Assembly (NCBI GenBank): GCA_965153455.1
Contig: OZ234494.1
Coordinates: 8,866,001 to 8,930,000, forward strand
Length of the DNA: 64,000 bases
Reading direction: 5' to 3'
DNA from: Sphagnum compactum
Lineage: Eukaryota
Shown one piece after another: positions 52,501 to 64,000 of this stretch. How positions within the stretch are numbered: the first letter of the stretch is position 1; each line of letters starts with the position of its first letter. The notes beneath the pieces were generated by a model. It was given only the letters and a program-made list of their open reading frames with translations, ran no database searches and was not told where the DNA came from. Made by a program: the position numbers and the translations under genes.

Positions 52501-52734
52501 TTCAAATCATTTCATTTAAACACAATATGAAAAAGATATTACTAATTAAAGTTGGCTTTTGGAAAAGGTTTAGTTGCATCTCAATTTAAAACTAGGTGCA
52601 AGTAAAAGGTTGAACACATATGTTTTGCCTTTGAATCTCATCTCACAAGTTATATAAAGAACATATCTTCCCATGATTTATCACATTGAAATGCATATGT
52701 CAATTTGGGATGAGGGAAGGAATGCTTGACCTTG

Positions 52735-53213
52735 AATGGAAATTGCAAAGTAAATGAAATAGTTCTTTGGTTATTCATTTCATTTACATTTTCCCTTTCC
52801 TACCTATTTGCCAACCTACATAAGTAAGTAGCACTACTAGAAAAACTGTTGTTCACAACCACTACATTTGTGACTAGCTGTGACTATAAACGATTGTTTT
52901 TGCAACTACGTTTTAAAAAAGGGATGGATTTTGGTTGTTTTTGCAATTATGTTGTAATTGGTATCAATGGAAATTGCAAAGTAAATGAAATAATTTTTTG
53001 GTTATTCATTTCATTTACATTTTCCCTTTCCTACCTATTTGCCAACCTACACAAGTAAGTAGCACTACTAGAAAAATTGTCGTTCGCAACCACTACATTT
53101 GCAACTAGTTGCGACTAGGAGTCACAAGTGACTATAAACGATTGTTTTTGCAACTACATTTCAAAAAGGGATGGATTTTGGTTGTTTTTGAAACTATGTT
53201 GCAATTGGTATCA
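52735..53213. repeat. 231-bp tandem duplication containing a CACTA left end (CACTACTAGAAAAA at 52832 and 53063)
   Basis: Two near-identical copies; the second has an extra ~17 bp. Confidence 0.85.
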
Positions 53214-54904
53214 TGTTCATCCATCCAAATGTTGTGTCCTCTAAACGTACAATAGTTCAAATATGGCCCAATATATATGCATAGTTGCATTGGTGACCAC
53301 AACAGTTGTAACCGTGATGGCGACCATATGTCACATATGGGTTGTTGCAATATTCCATAGACGTACTTATTGTACACATACACATAAGCCATTTGGATTA
53401 CACATCAAAATACATTTAATTTTTTTTAAAATTTAAAATTGCATGTAAGATTCCGTATGCCACCCATGGAACAAAAACAAGCCCAATATGTGGAGAGTCT
53501 TGCAAAGTTTTTCATTCCACAAGATCCTTTCACAACATTCATAACATGACTTGTTGAACAAAACAAGAGTAGTCATCTTGATGAGCAGGTCTCTTGTTGA
53601 CTAGTGACTTCATCTTGATGAGTAGTCTCCTAACATAACTTGTGCTCCCATCGAAGCCTTTATGTTAGCCAAAGCCCGACAACCACTTGCAACATTACAA
53701 TTGCTAGTATTTGCATCTAGGATGACAAATGCACATGGTAGCGCAACATGTTCGTGCCAATCTTTCGGTGCACAAATTGCCTACGAACATGTGGCAATGT
53801 CCCACCAACATACCAACCATTGTAGGTTGACGATCCCTGTTTTGGTGAAAAACACCAACTGATGAAACTACTTTTGGAAGGAAGAGCTTCTCCACATGAT
53901 ACTTCGACAAAATTTGAGTTTTGCAGCCTTTGGTAGCTCATTGGCTAAATGTATTAATGTGTGTGTAATTCTCATTTGCTTGGGTTAGTGAGGTTCAAGT
54001 CCCAATTTTGTCTCAGTTGTTTGATTTAATGAAGAAGTCCAAATTTTGTATGTTAACCTAGTTCAATTGATTCTCTACAAGAGGCACGATGGAACATTAT
54101 ACGGTTGGCAAGGAAATGGCATAGGTGTTATTGACCTTGGAACACAATTTTTGAAGACTTTCAAACCTCCGTTTGAGCCAGTTCTATGGGGCAACCACAC
54201 ACTAGACTTCAATGAATTTACTCAACTAACTTTGTGCAATACCTCCCAAGTCACTAATAAATGTAATGACATGGAATACGATGATCAATCCCACCACCCC
54301 ATTATAGTGAGCCTAGCCACTAGTATTACACCTTACAATGATGAATGTTAGTGCAAACTAATATTTAGAATTAAAGTGTGAAAGTAATATGTTAATCCAA
54401 CAATTTGGAAAAATCGTTAATAGAAGCTATGATTAATCATGGGTGTAATATGGTGTGCTAGCTATACATTGAAACTTTCTAGAATCACTAACATGCCTAG
54501 CCACTAGAAAATCACTATGGACCCATGACATGAAGATTAATGCACAACCACTTTAAAATATCATTTGATGCAATCACTAGAAGATCAATATACACCCATT
54601 AGAACAATAGGTCAAGTAATGATTATAAGAAAATCACTATGTAATCGTCAAAAACATCAATATGCATTTCACTTAAGGATCACAAGGGACAATCCACTCA
54701 CTGTTGTCTTGGGTATAGTACATGCCATATATTACAACAGACTAATCCATTACGATTCCACTGGTCGTTGCCACACGACCCTGTTCACTGGCGAATTCCA
54801 CTAAATTGGACAAGATGTCATTATAATGTCAATATAATGGAATTGGTTTAATCCACTTGAAAATAAGTGGAATGCATAGTGGCTAGGACCACGATCTGTT
54901 GTAG

Positions 54905-56990
54905 TGTGAGCCATAGCAACACATCCATGTGTGGTAGTCTCAATTTTTAAGAATTACATCAGGGATATGCAAGTGTGGTAAGGCTATTAGGGGTTTTTAA
55001 CAACTTTCTTCAACAAAAAGCTGGTAATGATAGTTTTAGAACTTCAGTTGTGTGATTAGGGGTGAGAAATCTCTAGAGGGTTGGGGTTAGAAGCAAACAC
55101 CAAAATTCGTAAAAAACATTGGTCTTATTATAGTATTTATTGGGTAGCGAGGATGTTTGAGATTCGTGAAGCAGTTGAAGGGGTGTCAATGAAAGGTCCA
55201 ATATGATAATCTTTAAACATTATAAGCGTAACTTAATGATCAAAATAAACAATGTGGTAAGGTGGTAATGGCAACATGAATTTCATGTTGAGTGAATCTT
55301 TTATTTATGTTATGGATAAACTCCACGAGGGGCTGCAATTACATGTTGAGCTTGGGGCTATGCCATAGTGATAATTCATAACTGTAGGGAATATAGGATG
55401 CATGGTGCAAATTAAGTAATTCGCCTTACTATTAGGAGCCAGTTGACGAATCGAACCGCGCAACCAACAATAATGTCCCACGCCGAGAATTGAAGACCAT
55501 GCAAAGATGGAGGTCTTCAATTTTGTAAAAACCTTCGTAGGCAGTTTCAGGTTCATCACCAAAAGTAGGGTCGACTTACAACAAAATCACCAAGGTGCGG
55601 GAGTTCAGAGAAATGCAATAATACCAAGCTCGAGGGGGTTCAACTTCAAGATGAGGGCGCACTTCTCACGGTTCGGGATCTTGGTCACGAGGGTGTTACG
55701 TCAACGTAAAATCTAGGGATGACTCCCGAGGCGGTTCTTCATTCACTTATGCGATTTGAGGCCCATAAGAGGTGGTCATACGCGATGCCATGAATTCAAG
55801 GAAAGGAAAAAAAAAATTTCAATCAAAACTCAACTCGACGATGAATATGTGGAAGACTTGGTACATCAAGATTCGTGGTTGTGATTTATAGGTCAAGGAA
55901 AAGGAAAGGAAGGCATAAAATAACGATCTTGAACCATGGTAAAGTAAAACCTTAATATCAATGAAAAAAAAAAAAGGTTTAAGTACGTTTGTTAGGGGGA
56001 AAATGAGAAGAGGTGAAAAGGATGTTTTTCCTTCTCCTTCCGTTGGTCACCAAACATTGGAACCTTCCATTGGCCATTAGAACCTTCCATGGGCCACTAA
56101 ATTGGGGTCTCCTTTCACCTCCTTCCTTCTCCTTCTCTTTAAAAGGCGAATTCGAATCATTTGAGGCTTTCTTTTCTAGACATAACTATCGATTTGGATC
56201 TTGAGAAAACTTATTCCTATAACTTTCCTTGAGAGGAGAGAATGATTAGTCTTAGTAGATGGTGGAAAAAGGAGGAATAGATTGGATGATTGTGGTACTT
56301 TTGAAAGAATGGAAGTGAGTAGGGATAATTTTGGGAGTTTAAAATCTTAGAGAAATTGTATAAGACCTTTCGGTCTTGTAGCACAACTTTTTATTGATTT
56401 GGGTGCAAACTTGGAATTTGGTAGGCAAATGCATTGTAGTTAGCTTTCCAATGAGCTAAAGCAAGCTAAATTTGAATAACGTATGTGATAGGAACAATAT
56501 TTTAAGTGATCAGAGGTTTGTTGCCAAGTTGAGCTTCCTACCTTTGTGAAATCCTCTCGGGTTTTGTAACATAACTTTTTATTGATTTAGGTGCAGAGCT
56601 TGGAATTTGGTAGGCAGATGCGCCTTGTAATTAACTTTCCAATGAGCTAAGGCAAGCTGGATTTGGATAACGTAGGTGATAAGAACAATATTTTAAGTGA
56701 CTAGATGTATGTTGCCAAGTTGAGCATGATGTTAAATCCTTAAAAGTTGATTTAAATGGGTGACAATTTAACATAGAATTCTAGGATGTGGGGTGCTTGG
56801 ACTTAAAAAATGCATCTATGAATTCCAAATCATAAATGATGCATAAGAGGCAACCTATTTGGTTTTAACTACAAACACAACTTAACATCTAAAGATACAT
56901 TTTGCAACTTTCCTTCACCAATAACATATGTACCTCTGAGTATAATCATCTCATAGAACCAGGAGTAGAGGGACAGAAAATCGCCTCACA
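54905..56990. mobile_element. TG..CA-bounded solo-LTR-like module, copy 2
   Basis: TGTGAG...CTCACA termini, collinear with 15969-18444. Only two of the 190-bp units are present. Flanks tgtag/ttaca are not a TSD. Confidence 0.75.
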
Positions 56991-57222
56991 TTACAGTGCC
57001 TCTATTTTTTCAATAGGAAAAATTCTAAAGGAATGGAAACCCTCTTTGGCAATGGTAGCATAAAATGGCTTAATATCAAAAGGTGAACTTGCAAGCTTAG
57101 ACAATATTTTAGCTTCTCTTATATGCTCTTGAAATCTCTCAAAGGCAGATTTACATGTTTGACTAACATATAGCATTTTACTATTATTGACATTGTAAAT
57201 AACATAAATTACCCCCTTATTT
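56991..57222 (-). pseudogene. GIY-YIG endonuclease remnant
   Basis: NKGVIYVIYNVNNSKMLYVSQTCKSAFERFQEHIREAK shows the GIY...YVGQT...R..EH pattern. It is truncated at the border of the TG..CA module. Confidence 0.6.
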
Positions 57223-60001
57223 GAAAATTAGATAGAGGCTAGTTGAAGAATTAAGGTGTTTTTGCCTAAGCTTTTTAAGTCTATTGAAAAACTTAATGTT
57301 GAAGACAAAAAAAAAGTATTGGCAATTACCTTTTTAATTGGGCCCCATTTTATGTTTCCATTTCAAAGGTATGGAGTTTATTTAAGTTATACCTAGCCAA
57401 AAAAGAGAATCTATCAAACCAACCAGGTCGAATACCATAATGGATACATCCAATATAAGACATTTCATCCAAGTGAAAAGCTTAACCTACCCTATCTACA
57501 GTGGGGGTGACAAACCTAATAAATTTAGTGTCTGGCAAGAGGTGTATGGTAAAAACACAAGTCTCACATTATTCATCAACACAACAACAACATCAAGGCA
57601 CAACTCTAAAACATCTCAATAACATCCACAGATAGGCCATTCATTGATGATGAAGTTGATGTTCTTTACACCCCCTTTCTAATAAGCAGAAATGCCACTA
57701 GGGTACAAACCTATGTATAAACACCCATTGTACACATAGTGTTTTGTTGACTCAACTTATGCATTTTGCAAATATCCATGTTCTGCTTTTACAATAGCTG
57801 ACAAGGTCACAAACAACCACGCATCCTAAGCATAAGCTCTCAGACATCTACATTATTTAGTTACAATTAGTGGCCAACACCATTCAAATCACACTACATA
57901 ATTCTAGCTACCCATTTTGGTTTAGATAAACTGCATTCGCTTGTGATGAGGCATTGACCACAAATGGACACTAGTCTATGTAAACTACATTGATAGACTT
58001 GGACATTGGACTAAACTATGTGTCCACAAAATAATATGTGGTAAGCATGTGTCAACTAAGGTAAGATTTCATACCTATCTTGCATCTCCCAACGCCTCTT
58101 TTAGGGTTCAATATTTTTGCCTTCATAAAAAAACTCAATCCCATGCAAACAAACTGACCTTGGTTGATTGTAACTGCTTGGAGATAAGCACTACATTTCA
58201 ATTACAACCTAGCAATGGAAGGAAGGAATCAACCCAACACCACTACAGCCCTTTTGAACCCCTAATGTGGGGTAAATAAACACTCATAGCCAATTTGTTG
58301 TGGGGGTCTGTTTGGAGGCTGGCTTGGGCACCTCTTGTTGTAAACAATGCAAATGGAGGCTCCTTCCCATGCCCAACTCCCACCTCATCATCGTTGCCAT
58401 AGTCACTTCCTTCCCAAGACCCATCTTTTGACTACCCCACCTCATTATTGGATGTGTTGAGTTTACTCTTAGAGTCAGTCGAAGTTGCAGGAGAACCCAC
58501 TTCCACCACAATTTATCATGTATTTATAATATTTTTCATATTCTTCAAAGGTTGTTTTGTGCCCCCCGCACTCATTCTCACCACATGCCCTTTGGTTGTC
58601 ATCTTGTTGGAGGACTTAGTGTGGCAGCCTTGACCCTCCTACAATGTTTACAAACATGTTCAACAACACAAAATATGTGTACAATTAACAACGTTTGGCA
58701 CGACATGTAAATAATGTTACACAATAGCTTAACCTAAAATAAAAAATACAACACCTCTACGAGCTACCACATGTGTTCCACGAACCTAATTGAGTGGGGT
58801 GGAAGTGTCCATCTAAACGGGATCTAAATTGCACAACCCTTGGACTAGACAATGTAAGAGAAGCAATTAGCCATGTTCGTTTCAAGCTACCCTAATTTCT
58901 TGTGCTCATGCCAAGCCTACCCTAATAGTCTGTTCTAACCTAATGATGCATTCCATCCTCCGCAATAATGCTTGCAACCAACCTCCTTTCCTCTGCTACT
59001 TGGTCCCACTAACATTCACATTGTTGTAACAAGTTCATTAATTAGAGTTCCAAGTAATGAAACCTTGCAACACAAACATTAACTAAAGTTCTACGGTAGA
59101 ATCAAACTTATATTTACAACAAATTGATCTTCATTGACTCCAAAAAGTGGGTCACCGAGTCACAAACATAAACATTGTGTGAGGTTGCATGAGATGTTGG
59201 TGCGAGTCGATTTCTCCCCGGCTCTCTTGCATTTAAATGACCCAGTAGACTAGCAGTGTGGCCGGAGCTCACACCGTTTGACAACGCTACAATTGATGTT
59301 GAGGGGGTAGTTTGTAACTAGGACATGTTACAACTATTACCAACTTCCTCCTAATGCTCCATGGAACTTGCACCTAGGACAATCGGCAACTTATAAGATA
59401 GTGTGATGGAAGTGGCTGAGGCTATCAACAACAAATGCAAAGTTTTAAAAAGCTCGATGGCGATGGTAGTATTATAATTTTTAGGGGCATGGTTATGTCA
59501 CAATTTAGGGTTTATTAGCAAACAAACCCAACCTTAAGGTTAATGTCACCCCTTCCCATGGTTGTGTTAAAGCCTAGTGTTATATATTGGGAAGTTAATT
59601 TATTTTGCTCACATCCCGAGCTGTGCCAGGCCCGCCATTTTAGGCCTAGTTGTGTACACCCATTGGCCAATATGGGCCATCAATGTGTTATGTAGGGTGA
59701 TCGTTGTGATTAGCCGAATCCTTGGAAAATCTAAGGTTTTGCTGATAATGTAAAGAAACATAAGCAACATTCTATTGGAAACAACTTGAAAACAAGCAAG
59801 AAATGCAACACTCAAGGTTCATGAAATGGAACAATTGTATTAACTAAAAGAAGATTACAAAGGTTGTATGCTTCAAATGCTACAATCATAAAACTATGGC
59901 TTGCAACAACTAACAAAGCTTGAAGGTTCTATGTGCACTCAACAACCATGAAAGGAAAGAATGAAAGACAATTCAAAACCACTCCATTATATACTATCTT
60001 C

Positions 60002-60170
60002 TAACCCTGAAGTAGCCGCCACTTAACCCTGACCTAGCCACCACCAAACCCTAACCCTAGCCGTCGCCTAACCCTAGCCGCCACCAAACCCTAAACCTAA
60101 CCGCCGCCTAACCCTAACCCTAGCCGCCACCAAACCCTAAGTAGTCTCCACTTCTAAACCCTAACCTAAC
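60002..60170. repeat. Telomere-like CCCTAA/AAACCCTA units interspersed with GCCGCC inside the Copia LTR
   Basis: About ten (A)ACCCT(A/G)A-type units alternate with TAGCCGCC(ACC). Confidence 0.85.
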
Positions 60171-60270
60171 AACTACAAGGATGTGTATACTATTCATCCT
60201 TTTGATGAATGTTTAACACATTCATCAACATTGGGAATTAGAAACGAATAGTATTTCTAACACTCCCACT

Positions 60271-63200
60271 CTATGAAGTTTCTAATCCGAACATGTTTAT
60301 CAACTTATGATGTCGTTCTTTAGATAATGCCTTAGTAAGGACATCCGCCACCATGTGTTCGGTTGTACAATATTCAAATCGAACTTCTCCATTTTCAACT
60401 CGTTCTCGAACAAAATGATGTTGTACATCAATGTGTTTTGTTCGTGCATGGTGAGTGGGATTCTTGGTCAATGATATCGCACCTTGATTGTCGCATCGAA
60501 TCACCATCATTTTCTTCTCCTCCATGTATCCTAAATCCATCATCAATTTTGTTATCCATATGGCTTCTTTTGTGGCTTGCGTGTTCGCCATGTATTCCGC
60601 CTCCGTGGTGGACAATGCTATTGTAGGTTGTCGTTTGCTACTCCAAGAAATCGCTCCACCTCCAATCATGAAAACAAACCCTGTGGTGGACCTCCTATCT
60701 TCAAGATCACCACCCCAATCCGCATCACAATATCCAAGAACTTCCTTGGATGGTGTTCCACCAAATTGTAATTTCATTTGCAATGTACCTTGCAAATATT
60801 GAAAGATTCGTTTGACGGCCATCCAATGCTCCATGTTAGGGTTCGCCATGTGTTGACTCAACACGCTTATTGGGTATGCCAAGTCGGGTTGTGTGCACAA
60901 CATGGCATACATCAAAGACCCAACCGCTTGTTGATATGGAAATCCCTTTGATTCATCATTTCCATTCACATTCCTTTGTAACTTCACCTTGGGATCCAAT
61001 GGAACTCCAATGGGCTTACATTCTTCCATTCGAAACTGCTTCAATATTTCCTTGAGGTATTTGATTTGGTTGATGCGTAGGAGTCTTTCATCACGATTCC
61101 TTTCCACCTCCATCCCCAAAAAGAAATGCAACTCCCCGAGGTCCTTCATTTCAAACTTTTGACTCAATTCCTCTTTGATTTGCAAAAGTTTGTTTTGATC
61201 GTTGCACACCAAAATGAGGTCGTCCACATAGACCACAATGAAAAACTTCACATCTCCCACTTGTGCAACGTACACACTAGGATCCGCCTCACTCTTGATA
61301 AATTCAATGCTTTTGAGAAACGCATCTAACTTTTGATTCCATGCCCTTGGAGATTGTTTCAAACCATACAAGGACTTGTGAAGCTTACACACGAGATGTT
61401 CACCTCCTTGGTGCATGAACCCTTGAGGTTGCTCCATGTAAATCTCTTCTTCAAGCTCGCCATTGAGAAATGCGGTTTTCACGTCCATTTGATGGATCTC
61501 CATGTCTTCCAAGGCCGCCAATGCAAGAATACAACGAATAGATGCAAATTTTGCGACCGGCGCAAAAGTTTCATTGTAATCCACTCCGTAGGTTTGGGTA
61601 AAACCTCTTGCTACTAATCTAGCCTTGTAGCGTTCCACTTCCCCATTTGCGCCTTGTTTGATTTTGAACACCCATTTGCAAGAAACGGGTTTCCTACCGG
61701 CGGGAAGTGGTACCAAAGTCCATGTGTTGTTTGTCATGAGGGAATCATATTCTTCTCGCATCGCACACTCCCACTCCTTGGAATTTTCACATGTCAATGC
61801 TTCTTCAATATTTTGGGGCTCCTCCAAAAATGCAACGGTGGCGCGCTCCACCTCTTTGGTAGCAATCCACCAATCCCGAGGCCATTCCCTTCGTTGCCTT
61901 TGAGGTCTTTCCCTCGCAATATCTTGTGAAGGTTCACAAGATGGGTTATCATTGGAAACAACAAATTCCTCTTCCGATGAAGAACTTGGTGTGGATTCAC
62001 TTTGCACACCTTCCATTCTTGTTTCACTCAAAGGTCTATCTTGACTAAAGGCCAATGGTTCTTCTCCCTCAACTTCTTCATGCACAACTACATTTTTCTT
62101 CTTTCTCAAGATGAGGTACACCACCTATTTCCTTTGACCCTTCAATGAACACAACATCTCTACTTTTGATGATTCTCTTGGTTTTCACACACATAAAGCG
62201 ATACGCTTTGGTGCCTTCGTAATATCCTAAAAACACACAAGGCATGGACTTGGAGTCTAATTTGGTCCTCTTCTCATCGGGGACATGTGCAAAGGCTTTA
62301 CAACCAAAAACTCTCAAATGGGACACATCGGGTTTCCTACCACTCCACGCTTCTTGAGGGGTCTTGGAATCAAGAGCCTTGGTTGGACATCGATTTTTGA
62401 TGTACACCGCCGTGTTCACCGCTTCGCCCCAAAATTCAAGTTCCAACCCTTGTGCAAGAATCATGCTTCTTGCGCATTCCATGATGGTTCTATTGGCACG
62501 TTCCGCAACACCGTTTTGTTGTGGGGAATAGGGCGCACTTGTTTGTCGTTGAATTCCACATTCTGCAAGAAATGTGTCAAATTTCTTAGACACAAATTCT
62601 CCTCCGTTGTCGGAACGTAGCACTTTGATTTTATGACCAATTTCGTTTTCCACAAACGCCTTGTATTGTTTGAACTTTTCAAACGCTTCTCCTTTGGCCT
62701 TCAAAAGATAGACATGAGTTTTCCTTGAGAAATCGTCAATGAAAGTGAGAAAGTATCGCGCTCCACCATGCGATGTAGTCTTCATTGGCCCGCACACATC
62801 GGTGTGCACAATCTCCAAAAGTTGTGAAGCCCTCGTTGCTCCGTCCTTAGGAAATGATGTTCTTTGATGTTTGCCTTTGACGCATCCTTCACAAATGTGA
62901 TGCAACGGCACTTCTTTCAAATTCATGCCATCCACCATGGCATCTAACTCCTTAAGGCTTGCCATGTTGAGATGGCCAAGTCTTTCATGCCAAAGCATCG
63001 CACTTTCCTCCAAAGAATTTGCAATGTGTGCCATGTCCTTACGCACCTTCACATTAAGAAGGTACAAGTTCTTGTCCCTTCGTGCTTGCGCCACAACAAC
63101 TCCTCGAGCATCGTTGACCTTGCAACCATCCTTGTCAAACTCCACTTTGAAACCTTCCGAACTGAGTTTGCTCACCGAAATGAGATTATTCTTCATTTTT

Positions 63201-64000
63201 GGATGGTTGTGTGTGTCAATTGGCCTCCCACTTGCAATGTGGCTTTGATGCTCCCCTTGCCAATGGCCTCCAAAACGGTGTCATCGCCCATGAACACCCT
63301 CCTTGGGGAAATGCGCTCGTACGTGGTAAACCATTCTTGTTCGAATGTCATGTGTTGCGTTGCACCCGAATCGACAATCCAATCATACGTGGTATGATCA
63401 TTGGCACTCAATGCCGCAACAAACATTTGTTCGTGATCTTCACAAGCTTGATTAACTTTTTCTTTTTCATCATTTTTCTTCTTCAAACAATTTCTCACAA
63501 AATGTCCGGGTTTCTTACAATAAAAGCAAAGCTTCTCATTTGGCTTGTGAGTTTTGTTCACTAATGCGGTAGTCTCGGAATTCTCACATTCTTTTCTTTT
63601 GGACACTTCGTGAAGCAACCTTGCTACAACGAATTGAAGGTCTACATCTTTCGTGGACATGGACTCCAAGCTTGTGACTAAGTTATCAAAGGATGGAGGA
63701 AGGCTCATGAGGAGTACCATGTAAACATCTTCATCCGTAATGTTCACCTCGATGGAACGTAGTTGGTCCGCAAGGGCTTTCACCGTGTTGATGTGCACAA
63801 GCATGTCATCTCCTTCTTGCATTTTGATGGCGAAGAATCTCCTTCGAAGGAACAACTTGTTGCCAATGGTCTTAGCTTCATGCACACCACAAAGAGCCTC
63901 CCACGCACTTCTCACATTGTCACAATATTGAATGTGTGCAAGTTGGGCATCCGTGAAATGTTCGCAAAGCAATGCAAAAGCCTTGGTCTCTTTTTCGTTG
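60271..64000 (-). pseudogene. Copia gag-pol polyprotein with two frameshifts
   Basis: Zinc knuckle CFYCKKPGHFVRNC; protease WIVDSGATQHM; LWHERLGH; integrase HTDVCGP...RSDNGGEF...QNGVAERANRT; RT KARLVARGF, MDVKTAFL and YVDD; RNase H DADWGG, TEAEY and ADVLTK. Frame breaks near 63195 (small deletion) and 62100 (+1 A). Confidence 0.92.

Larger units (their letters stand above)
59743..64000 (-). mobile_element. Ty1/Copia LTR retrotransposon (5' end beyond the window)
   Basis: Order gag-PR-IN-RT-RH; PPT AGAGTGGGAG directly before a 3' LTR that starts TGTTAG at 60262 and probably ends ...TTATCA at 59743 (~520 bp). Confidence 0.92.

Noticed and set aside
15969-56990. One giant 41-kb LTR element bounded by the two TG..CA modules
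   Set aside because: The outer flanks (tacta/ttaca) are not a convincing TSD. Copy 1 has its own near-TSD and splits a gag gene, and no PBS or PPT was seen.
62078-63200. Programmed frameshifting in the Copia polyprotein
   Set aside because: Plant Copia elements usually use a single ORF. The breaks fall within protease and after integrase, and look like a small deletion (missing a VLxVP-like segment) and an extra A in a run.

Overview
Eukaryotic nuclear DNA from a land plant, most likely a bryophyte or moss such as Sphagnum. This is inferred from spliceosomal introns, a flagellar DRC11-like fragment, a plant-mitochondrial trnP and very AT-rich TE debris. 1-10 kb holds two intact minus-strand genes: a six-exon FCP1/NIF-type HAD phosphatase-homology gene with a ~730-aa WG/GW-rich repetitive tail, and CCDC124/Lso2. 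10-33 kb is AT-rich and contains a decayed Ty3/Gypsy gag-protease split by a 2.5-kb TG..CA module, a CACTA transposase remnant and a decayed mitochondrial insertion (trnP plus group II intron-type RT). 31.4-49.9 kb is a nested structure. An 18.4-kb CACTA-bounded unit sits inside another CACTA end. It contains a 360-bp repeat array split by ~15 kb of gene-like DNA, and within that lies a 10.3-kb Helitron. The Helitron has a disabled Rep/PIF1 helicase, captured HAD, coiled-coil and adenylate kinase exons, three stacked 3' termini and an unexpected 149-bp flanking direct duplication. 50-64 kb holds more CACTA debris, a second copy of the TG..CA module, a GIY-YIG remnant and a frameshifted Ty1/Copia element with telomere-like repeats in its LTR. 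All calls are by eye; no database searches were run.
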